From NCBI GenBank assembly GCA_035221665.1, contig CM069133.1:44826001-44890000 (forward strand): 64,000 nucleotides of DNA, written 5' to 3'. A model generated the notes under the pieces. It was not told the origin of the DNA. It searched no databases and saw only the letters and a list, made by a program, of their open reading frames with translations. The position numbers and the translations under genes were made by a program. Origin of the DNA: Okamejei kenojei. Lineage: Eukaryota. Below, in pieces: positions 53,401 through 61,395 of the stretch (position 1 is its first letter; the number at the start of each line of letters is the position of its first letter).

Positions 53401-54612
53401 CAGTGAAAAGCTTTTGTTGCGTGCCATCCAGTCAGCAGAAAGACAATACATGATTACAATCGAGCCATTTACAATGTATCGATACATGATAAAGGGAATA
53501 ACATTTAGTGAAAGTAAAGCCAACAAAGTCTGATCAAGGACAGTCCGTGGGTCACCAAAGAGGGAGATAGTAGTTCAGGGGCTACGATTGTGAGGTTAAG
53601 ATAGCAAGGCGATGAAGTTGTGCAATAAATTTGTGTCCTTTCCAGATTCCTGTGACTCTTCAGATGCCCTCATTTACAGCATTGTTCACATTCAAAGCCG
53701 TTCCCGAGTAGGAGTGGAGATGGGTAAGGAACAGTCAGCACACGGTGAGCTGTGAAACAACAGTAGCAGTGTGGACGCTCCATGCAAAATAGTGTCCTCA
53801 ACAGGCTGGGAGGCAAACCCTTGATGTATTGATTAGAAACATCCACTGGCATTGACAATACACACTGGGCTTCCCATCGAGCCTGTGATCCTGAGCTCTC
53901 CATATCCAACATTCAGGGAAGGTGCAGCAAAGACCAGACATAGTGGAAGCAGTAACAAAGACCCAGGACATAGAGTTACTAGAGATCCTGGTGTTGTTTA
54001 TTTTCCACTTCCCATCATCGGGCAGCCAAGCATCAGACCTGGAAGTACAATGCTGTCTGTTCTGCAGTACATTTCTGTATCTATAGAAGCAGCGAGGGTT
54101 CTCTTGGGCTTGCCATGTATCACAATGAGGGGTGAAGAACAGTCTTGGCAAAAGATGGACCACTATAGGAAGGGCAATTGGAACAGGCATGAGACAGCGA
54201 TTATCAAAGGTGGGGACTCATGGAGTCATACAGCACAGAGACAGGCTCTTTGGTCCAACTTGCTCAAGCCAGCCAAAATGCCCCATCCACACTAGTCCCA
54301 ATTGCCTGCATTTGGCCCATATGCCTATACACCTTTCCAATCAATATACCTGTCCCAATGTCGTTTAAATGGGAGTGGGTGGTTTGTGATAAAAAACAGT
54401 GGGGAAGAGATGCTGGAATGCAATAACAATCTGTGTTCTTTTCAGACCCCCAGGAGTCTCAGAATAACACTCTCTATGGCAATGTGCACATTCAAAGACC
54501 TCCCTGCAAAGAGGAGGAGACTGGTAAGGACCACCGAACACACCGTGAACGGCAAAATACACACATCTGCGAAGACACCGCTTGGGAACACATCAAACCC
54601 ATTTCATACTGA
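20403..54612 (+). CDS. Spliced Siglec-15-like type I IgSF receptor (SP-V-V-V-V-C2-TM-cytoplasmic ITIM/ITSM). Join 20403-20451, 32580-32963, 35150-35518, 38338-38700, 40723-41085, 41740-42114, 44690-44761, 51027-51143, 53646-53723, 54446-(54523 donor or 54612 stop)
   Basis: All exons are bounded by AG/GT, all junctions are phase 1, internal exon lengths are multiples of 3 (384, 369, 363, 363, 375, 72, 117, 78, 78) and there are no in-frame stops. Domain order is that of a type I receptor. The 3' end is uncertain. Confidence 0.85.
22833..23738 (-). mobile_element. 5'-truncated CR1 inserted in L1 ORF2
   Basis: (gaaacata)n tail; [14 protein letters not shown]. The L1 QTGFIPKRQS coding sequence resumes across it, with TATA on both sides. 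Confidence 0.92.
26061..30682 (-). mobile_element. Full-length DIRS1-group retrotransposon (gag ~30476-29285, RT/RNase H ~29310-27500, tyrosine recombinase ~27509-26590), ORFs frameshifted
   Basis: [13 protein letters not shown]; RNase [12 protein letters not shown] and PDIDLF; [11 protein letters not shown] and ILATAGW. Inverted terminal repeats and an internal complementary region at ~26281-26395. Confidence 0.95.
32311..32378 (+). repeat. Short tandem duplication at the L1 5' junction
   Basis: agtctgatagtgga occurs three times; cagcaggagtctgatagtgga occurs twice. Confidence 0.8.
32580..32963 (+). CDS. Exon 2: N-terminal V-set Ig domain, Siglec-15-like, retains the sialic-acid-binding Arg
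   Basis: Acceptor ttcacag, donor G|gtgag. Motifs [25 protein letters not shown] and CRVEL parallel my recollection of Siglec-15 (VLPCTFTHPH, GNPRRNDLSL, YFCRVEF). Arg codon at 32897-32899. Confidence 0.9.
33425..34110 (-). mobile_element. Degenerate Penelope-like 3' fragment
   Basis: gaaactgcagatgctgg end and gagttcagtgttcat...gaggtgctgttcttcc, reverse-similar to the PLE fragment at ~52555-53180. Confidence 0.65.
34850..35050. repeat. Palindromic Penelope-derived short repeat with hammerhead-like core
   Basis: gatagacacaaaatgctggagta ... tactccagcattttgtctatc inverted arms; ctgaaga...gaaac at ~34959-34983. Confidence 0.65.
35150..35518 (+). CDS. Exon 3: V-set Ig domain 2
   Basis: ATLSCPF...INWMKG...RYELVG...GDASIRV...DTNDYFCHV. 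Acceptor ccgag, donor G|gtaagg. Confidence 0.9.
35608..35770 (+). pseudogene. Truncated relic of a C2 exon and its acceptor intron after V2
   Basis: ag|gcttcagccaccatcttggagc...gataatgtatctggaga resembles the exon 6 start ag|tcccagccaccatcctgaagc...gacaatgtaactggaga. Upstream intron aatatttcactccattctcct matches aatatttcactgcagtctcct at ~41619. Confidence 0.65.
37240..37985 (+). mobile_element. CR1 LINE degenerate 3' fragment
   Basis: VPQGLVL, INDLDEG and KFADDTKIG remnants plus CR1 3' UTR. Confidence 0.85.
38338..38700 (+). CDS. Exon 4: V-set Ig domain 3
   Basis: ATLPCSF...ISWMKG...RYELVG...GDASIRV...DASDYSCHV. Acceptor gcaag, donor G|gtaagg. Confidence 0.9.
38775..39330 (-). mobile_element. 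Old CR1 3' fragment
   Basis: cagcacaggaacaggccctttggccc tail and aatccaggcagcattctggtaaacctc. Confidence 0.7.
39338..39545. repeat. Palindromic Penelope-derived short repeat
   Basis: gctggagtaactca...ggcagcatctctggagag ... ctctccagagatgctgcc...tgagttactccagc inverted arms. Confidence 0.75.
40103..40489. mobile_element. Non-autonomous PIF/Harbinger-type MITE
   Basis: TIRs agggcctgtcc / ggacaggcct flanked by TAA at 40100-40102 and 40490-40492; internal gtcgcc/ggcgac repeats. Confidence 0.75.
40723..41085 (+). CDS. Exon 5: V-set Ig domain 4
   Basis: SILPCSF...VRWMKG...RYELVG...GDASIRV...DSSDYFCHV. Acceptor tacaag, donor G|gtaagg. Confidence 0.9.
41740..42114 (+). CDS. Exon 6: C2-set Ig domain plus transmembrane segment
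   Basis: [16 protein letters not shown]...GKYTCVAVN, then hydrophobic [20 protein letters not shown] and a KK stop-transfer. Polypyrimidine acceptor, donor G|gtgagt. Confidence 0.9.
42210..43480 (+). mobile_element. Two degenerate CR1 3' fragments
   Basis: [13 protein letters not shown] remnant (ggttaggccacatttggagtat) and RTRGHSLRI remnant (aggaccagagggcacagcctcagaata). Confidence 0.7.
43680..43920 (-). mobile_element. HE1-like V-SINE
   Basis: Reverse complement of the SINE head and body: tgtgggaggaaacc, gatcgaacccggg, gtaaggcagcaa. Confidence 0.75.
44690..44761 (+). CDS. Exon 7: cytoplasmic, [24 protein letters not shown] (no Tyr)
   Basis: Acceptor tgtgtctttgacag|GTTCACAG is identical to that of exon 8. 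Donor G|gtaatt; 72 nt, phase 1-1. Confidence 0.65.
45363..50164 (-). mobile_element. Second DIRS1-group retrotransposon (different subfamily) in intron 7, internally deleted and rearranged
   Basis: Same outer termini (aatagtaagattaaa... and ...ctcacgtgactccgaagtaaaat). Gag ORFs 49969-48889; RNase [25 protein letters not shown] and AFPPF. The ICR is truncated at ~45600. Confidence 0.92.
47137..48488 (-). mobile_element. 5'-truncated CR1 inserted in the DIRS RT
   Basis: tagaatcatagaatca tail; [17 protein letters not shown] and [13 protein letters not shown]. Confidence 0.92.
51027..51143 (+). CDS. Exon 8: cytoplasmic, [39 protein letters not shown] (ITIM-like)
   Basis: Strong polypyrimidine acceptor, donor G|gtgagt, 117 nt, YxxV motif. 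Confidence 0.8.
51265..51620. mobile_element. Two opposed SINE remnants
   Basis: Minus copy 51265-51515 (ggaggaaactgg, gaattgaacccag) and plus head 51530-51620 (gagctgctgcctcacagcg). Confidence 0.6.
52555..53180 (+). mobile_element. Penelope-like 3' fragment (GIY-YIG endonuclease region)
   Basis: [29 protein letters not shown] and [10 protein letters not shown]. Confidence 0.8.
53646..53723 (+). CDS. Exon 9: cytoplasmic, [26 protein letters not shown] (canonical ITIM LIYSIV)
   Basis: Acceptor tcctttccag, donor G|gtaagg, 78 nt. LxYxxV at 53669-53686. Confidence 0.8.
54446..54612 (+). CDS. Exon 10: cytoplasmic, [26 protein letters not shown]... (ITSM TLYGNV). Ends at donor 54523 or reads through to TGA 54610-54612
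   Basis: Acceptor ttcttttcag; TxYxxV at 54469-54486; internal donor G|gtaagg gives a 78-nt exon, like exon 9. Confidence 0.75.
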
Positions 54613-54614
54613 GT

Positions 54615-56370
54615 GGGCTCAGCACCGATCCCTGTGAGACACCACTAGTCATAGGCCCCTGGTCTGAATAACAAACCATCACCACCACCTTCCACCAAGC
54701 CAAATTCATATCCAATTGGCTCATTAACCCTAGACCTCATGTGATTTAATCTTCCAGACTAGTAAGCCATGTGAGAACTTGGCAATGGCCTTGTTAATGC
54801 CCATGCAGGCCATGTGTACCAGCTCTGCCCTCGTCAACAGATTCATCGCCTCGTCAAAAGCTCAGTCAAATTCATGAGTCACACACAAATTCCACACACA
54901 AAGCCATGCTAACTATCCCTCATCAGTCGTTACCTTTCCAAATCCGGGTACATCCTTGTACATCCTTGTAAAGCTCGTACTAAGCTTCCCCCAGTCTAGT
55001 TTCAGTCAATAAGATACTGAGTCAAGCACTTGCGTATGTAAACTTTATTTTGGAAAAACACAATAATAGTTACCCACTATAATACATAACCACCGTGGGT
55101 TAGATCCTTGTACCTGCTTGGCCAAGCCCTCCTAGCCTCGTGCAAGCAGAGACTCTCCAAAAGGTCACGCAGTCCTAAGCGTTCGCCCCGAAGATTGACA
55201 CAGGACCTCGTGGGAGCTACATTTTATAGTTCCCCGAAACTTGAGGGGCTGGACCATATGGGGGTGGTCTCTTTACAGTCCAATAACAGAGATCAATTAA
55301 CACAATGCATGATAGACATTTCCCTAACCTAATAATATATTAACCAATACATTGTATTCAAACGGAGCTTCTGGAAGGAAGCAAACATAGCAACATTTGT
55401 CCAGATATTCAAGAAACCCAGACAAGGCTCAACACTTAATCCAATCAACATCTAGCAAAGTAAAGCGTTGTAACAATATTTACAATGTGTATATCTGGTT
55501 TGCATTCACCCAATCCGTTTCATGCAATTTACACCTAATTGTAAGAATCCGCAGAAGTCCCATTCTTTCCCTGCAACTCTTACCTGGGATCTTGACAAGC
55601 TGGCACCATTCTGCAGCTTGGCCCATTTCTGCAGAAGGCACATTTAAATTGACCAAATGGCCTAGCAGCCCAGAAGCCTTTACACAATTTTAATGTCCTG
55701 GCATCTCCAGTTTGGCCAGAATTAACATCCTGACCCTCAAAATCCCCTCCAGTAATTCCCTCACCACTACAGGCTCACCGGTCTGTAGTTCCCACTCTTG
55801 TACTTGCAGACCTTCTTAAATAGGGGCACAACATTACGCACCCTCCAATCTTCCGGTACCACACTTGTGTTAAAGATGATGCAAATGCCTCTGCCAGAGC
55901 ACTTGAAATTTCTTCCCTAGCTTCCCACAAGATCATAGGATACACCTGATCAGGCCTTGGACATTTATTTACCCTAATATGTCATAAGACTGCCAGCACC
56001 TCTTTTGTAATATAGACATGTTTCAATGTATTGCAATTCAATACTCTTAATTCCTTTACTTCCATTACCTTCTCCACGATAAATACAGATGAGAAATGTT
56101 AATTTAAAACCTCGCCCATCTCCCATGGATGACCATGTTGATCCTATTCTCTTTAGTTAACCTTTTGCTCTTAATATACTTTGAGAATTTCTCTGCATTC
56201 TCCATTATCTTATCTGCCATAGCTATCTCATTTCCCTTTTTTGTCTTCCTGATTTTGCTCTAAATTGTAAGCCTACACCCTTTATACTTGAGAAGTTTGC
56301 TTGATTGCCAGCTGCCTATATCTGACATATGCCCCTTTTGCATGACTAATGCCTCAATATCCTTCATCAA
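54615..56370 (-). mobile_element. Old CR1 ORF2 fragment interrupted by a solo LTR
   Basis: cagcaccgatccctgtgagacaccactagtca (VTSGVSQGSVL reversed), cacaaagccatgct (QHGFV) and acacctgatcaggccttgg. Confidence 0.7.
54967..55727 (-). mobile_element. Solo LTR (ERV/Gypsy type), ~760 bp, 4-bp TSD TCCT
   Basis: TGTAAA...TTAACA termini; TCCT at 54963-54966 and 55728-55731. Minus-strand TATAAAA (~55222-55228) lies upstream of AATAAA (55044-55049). The CR1 resumes on both sides. Confidence 0.75.
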
Positions 56371-58097
56371 TCATGTTGAATAGCAGAACAGTCTTGAGTG
56401 GCTGAACTATTCCATACATTCTGCAGACAAGATTCCTCAGACAGTAGCTTGGCTCTGTGTAGTCGGCTGTCAACCAAAGGACATAGGCTTAACTCAAGAA
56501 CCAGATGATGTAGGTTTATTGTGAGAGCTAAAAGATATAATAGGAAAAAGAGGAGCAACTTTTTCACACTGAGGGTGGTGGTCAGATCTACCAGAGGAGG
56601 GTAGTTGAGGAAGGTACTATGACAACATTTAAAATACATTTGGTCAGGTACATGGAAAGGAAAGGTTTAGAGACATATGGGCCAAATGTGGGCAAGTGGG
56701 GTTAGTGTAGATGGGCATCTTGGAAGGTATGGGCAAGTTGGGCCGAAGGGCCTGTTTCCAAACTGTATGACTGACTCTATGCTGATGATCCCGGTCTCAG
56801 GGGTTTGGATGGATGATGGGGGGAAGGGGTCAGTGTGGCAGCAAAGAGCTTTGGAATGGGGCAAGTTCCCTCCGGCAATGAGAAGACTAAGATTACCCAC
56901 AATAAAGAGGAGAGACTCTCTGACAACCTGGTTCTCTGATGGGTGAGAGGGCCTGGCCTTGCTCAAACTGGGTTGAATTCAAGCAATTATCTAATATTGA
57001 GAGGGCAGGTCCAGGGAAAGTCATTGAAGGACTAGAATACAAGGAGCCCAAAACTACCAGGATGACCATGTCATCGGTTTATCTTACGTAGAAACAAAGA
57101 AACATAGAAAATGGGTGCAGGTGTAGGCCATTTAGCCCTTCGAGCCTGCACCGCCATTCAATATGATCATGGCTGATCATTCAACTCGGCATCCTGTACC
57201 TTCCTTCTCTCCATACCCCCTGATCCCTTTAGCCACAAGGGCCACATCTAACTCCCTCTTAAATATAGCCAATGAACTGGCCTCAACTACCTTGTTCTGG
57301 ACCTCCCCAACATCGGGAACAATCTTCCTGCATCTAGCCTGTACAACCCCTTAAGAATTTTGTAAGTTTCTATAAGATTCCCCCTCAATCTTCTAAATTC
57401 TAGCGAGTACAAGCCGTGTCTATCCAGTCTTTCCTCATATGAAAGTCCTGACATCCCAGGAATCAGTCTGGTGAACCTTCTCTGTACCCCCTCTATGGCA
57501 AGAATGTCTTTCCTCAGATTTGGTGACCAAAACTGTACGCAATACTCCAGGTGTGGTCTCACCAAAACCGTACACAACTGCAGTAGAACCTCCCTGCTCC
57601 TTTACTCAAATCCTTTTCCTATAAATGTTAACATACCATTCGCTTTCTTCACTGCCTGCTGCACCTGCATGCCTACTTTCAATGACTGGTGTACCATGAC
57701 ACCCAGGTCTCGTTGCATCTCCCCTTTTCCTAATCGGCCACCATTCAGATAATAGTCTACTCTCCTGTTTTTGCCACCAAAGTGGATAACCTCACATTTA
57801 TCCACATTATACTGCATCTGCCATGCATTTGCCCACTCACCCAACCTATCCAAGTCACCTTGCAGCCTCCTAGCATCCTCCTCGCAGCTAACACTGCCCC
57901 CCAGCTTCGTATCATCCGCAAACGTGGAGATGTTGCATTCAATTCCCTCGTCCAAATCAATATATATTGTAAATAGCTGGAGTCCCAGCACCGAGCCTTG
58001 CGGTACCCCACTAGTCACTGCCTGCCATTCTGAAAAGGACCCTTTACTCCTACTCCATGTTTCCTGTCTGCCAGCCAGTTCTCTATCCACATCAATA

Positions 58098-61000
58098 ATG
58101 TCAATAATTCATTTCAATAGCAGAAGTTTATATGCAAATTTTCACAACATCAAAGATTACTTAAGTCATATAAACAAACCATTCAATGTGATAGCCATAT
58201 CTGAGACCTGGCTTAGTACTGAAAAGGTTGTGGATTTTGAGTTAAATGGATATGAACTGAATTATATAAATAGGAAAAATAAAAAAGGAGGAGGGGTGGC
58301 TTTGTATGTAGATAAAAGATTAATTATAAATTAGTGGAAAATATGACAACTAATATTGATGATGTGATGGAGATTATTACTGTAGAAATCTACCTGGAAA
58401 AAAAGAAAAATGTAATTGTAAGTTGTGTATACAGAGCACCTGGTTCCAATATTGAAATATTCAAGAATAGTATGGAAAGATTATTTGCCAAGAAAGATCA
58501 CAGACTTGTGTTCATTTGTGGGGATTTTAATTTAGATCTCTTAAATCCCAACAAGCACAAACAGACTGATGAATTTATCGATGTATTGTTCAGTATGAGT
58601 TTTTTTCCACTTATCACCAAACCAAGCAGAATAACATCTCACTGTGCAACTCTAATAGACAACATATTTACAAACAGTATGGCCAACAGCATAAAGAGTG
58701 GGTTACTACTAAATGACATCAGTGACCATCTGCTGGTTTTTGTAATGTTTGTTTGTGATTATGTTAAGTGTAAGGATGTTAATAAGATTAGATACATGAG
58801 AGTAAGATCAGAAGAATCTATAAATAAATTTAGAAATGTATTACTGACCCAAAATTGGAAACAAGTGTTTAAAGAGACTGATACCAACAAAGCATATGAA
58901 ACATTCCTGATAATATTTAAATCATTATATGATGAACACTGTCCTTTGAAACAACACACCAAGAAGCAAAAATATATAGATAGGCCATGGATGACAAAGG
59001 ACTACAAAGTGCATGCAAAAAAAAGAATATCTTGTATAAAGAATTAATAAAATTTAGAACTATAGAAGCAGAAAGTAAATACAAAAGATACAAAAACAAA
59101 TTGACTAGTATTATGAGGATATGTAAGAAAGATTATTATAATAAAATATTAAACGATAATAAAAATAATATCAAGGGCATATGGAATGTGTTAAATAATA
59201 TTATCAGGAATGGATCAATGAATATAAACTACACTCAGTATTTTAAAGACACTGATACAACTGTAAGCGATATGAATGATGTGGTTAATGGGTTTAACAA
59301 TTTTTTTGTAAGTGTGGGACCAAAACTGGCAGAAGAAATCGATAATCCACAGTCAGAAGAAGGAGAGGGGAAGGTTGTGGATTTGTTAGACAGCAACCCA
59401 AACACAATGTTTTTGAACGCAGCTGATGAAAAGGAGATTATTGACATTGTTAGTAATTGTAAGAATAAAAGGTCTACAGACTGGAATGACATTGATATGG
59501 CTTTAATCAAGGTAGTCATTGGTGTAATTGTAAAACCCTTAACTTATATTTGCAATTTAACTTTAAAAACTGGTGTATTTCCATGTAAAATGAAAACTGC
59601 CAAAGTCATCCCACTATACAAAGCTGGAGACAGAAATCAATTTACAAATTACAGGCCGGTGTCGTTACTCTCTCAGTTCTCAAAAATATTAGAAAAACTG
59701 TATGTAAGTAGATTAGATAATTTTATCGAGAAGCACGAATTGCTAGTTGATAGTCAATATGGATTCAGGTCAAACAGATCGACATCCATGGCATTAATGG
59801 AGTTAATTGAAGACATTACCAGTTCTATAGATAACAAGAAATATGCACTGGGTGTATTTATAGATTTGAAAAAAGCATTCGATACAATTGATCATCATAT
59901 GCTAATCAAAAACATAGAAAAGTATGGAACCAGAGGGGTTGTACTAGAGCGGATGAGAAGCTACATACGTAAAATACATCAGTTTGTGCAACAAGGGGAC
60001 TGCGAATCAACATGCTTAGAAATAACTTGTGGAGTCCCACAGGGGTCGGTTTTGGCCCCCAAATTATTTATTTTGTATATTAATTATATATGTAGGGTGT
60101 CAAACCTCTTGAAATTTGTATTATTTGCAGATGACACTAATATTTTATGTGATGGGGACAATTTGCAGCAGCTTTTGGAGGTGGTCACAGCAGAAATGAG
60201 TAAACTAAAAACATTGTTTGATTTGAATAAATTATCATTAAATTTAAACAAAACCAAACTTATGCTGTTTGGAAAACGCAAAATAAATACACAAGTAAAA
60301 GTAATGATAAATAATGTTGAATAATGAAATAGAAAGAGTGTATGAAAATAAATTTCTGGGTGTGATTCTTGATCACAAAATCTGCTGGAAACCCCATATA
60401 ATGTGAGAGCAAAAGTAGCATGGTGTATTGGAGTGATAGGGAAAGCAAGGCATGTTTTGAATGAGAGTGCACTGTATATTCTGTACAGCTCACTTGTGTT
60501 ACCGTATTTAGATTACTGTGTGGAAGTATGGGGCAACACCTGCAAAACCACTTTACAATCACTAAGCACACTACAAAAAAGAGCTATTTGTATAGTAAAC
60601 AATGTAGGATATCATGACCACACCAATATACTGTATTTAAAATTATACACCTTAACTATTAAGGATCTGGTAGAATTTAAGACTGCACAAATAATTTATA
60701 AAGCAAAAAATAAACTGCTACCTGTAAACATACAAAAACTGTTCAAAGACAGAGAGGGGGGTTATAACTTTAGAGGGAAACTAAACTTGAAACAGCATTA
60801 TGCTCGGACCAATTTTAAAAGTATGTGTATTTCCATTTGTGGGGTGGTTTTGTGGAATGGTCTTGACGAAACGACTAAACAAAGTATGAATATAATGCAA
60901 TTTTAAAAAAATGTACAAAAGATATATCCTTGAAAAGTACAGTAATGAGGAAGGAGAATGTAAATCTCACAGATGTTAATGGTGCTTGTTCTTTTGTTCT

Positions 61001-61395
61001 TTTCTTTTTTTGTTTTTTTTAATTAATAGCTTGATTGGAGTAGTTTTATTTGAATTGTCTGTTCAGTATATTTTATTGAATTTTGCATTTGTTAATGGTG
61101 AAGAAGGGGGGTAGGACTTGACAAGCATAGGCTTCTTCCTATCCCTTTTCGAACGAGTCTAATGTGTATTATGTTGAAATTGGCGTTTGATTTTTTAATT
61201 TATNNNNNNNNNNNNNNNNNNNNNNNNNNNNNNNNNNNNNNNNNNNNNNNNNNNNNNNNNNNNNNNNNNNNNNNNNNNNNNNNNNNNNNNNNNNNNNNNN
61301 NNNNNNNNNNNNNNNNNNNNNNNNNNNNNNNNNNNTATTAATTTTCATCTTTTCTTTTCTTCTCTTTTTTTAATCGTTCAAAATAAAGATATAAT
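58098..61395 (+). mobile_element. L2/Crack/Daphne-group LINE ORF2 (APE+RT) inserted in the CR1
   Basis: SIIHFNSRSL, ISETWL, CGDFNLDLL, TLIDNIFTN, ISDH, NYRPVSLL, DLKKAFDTIDH, GVPQGSVL and LFADDT; few frameshifts. TCAATA is present at both junctions. Confidence 0.9.
61204..61335. other. Assembly gap
   Basis: Run of N. Confidence 1.

Noticed and set aside
20403-54612. Assigning the symbol SIGLEC15, CD22 or MAG
   Set aside because: Similarity is motif-level from memory, the architecture differs, and orthology cannot be shown without phylogeny or synteny.
57471-58334. Recurrent plus-strand ORFs such as [16 protein letters not shown]... and MPPKWITSHLS...
   Set aside because: Antisense frames of CR1 ORF2, repeated in each CR1 copy; not host genes.
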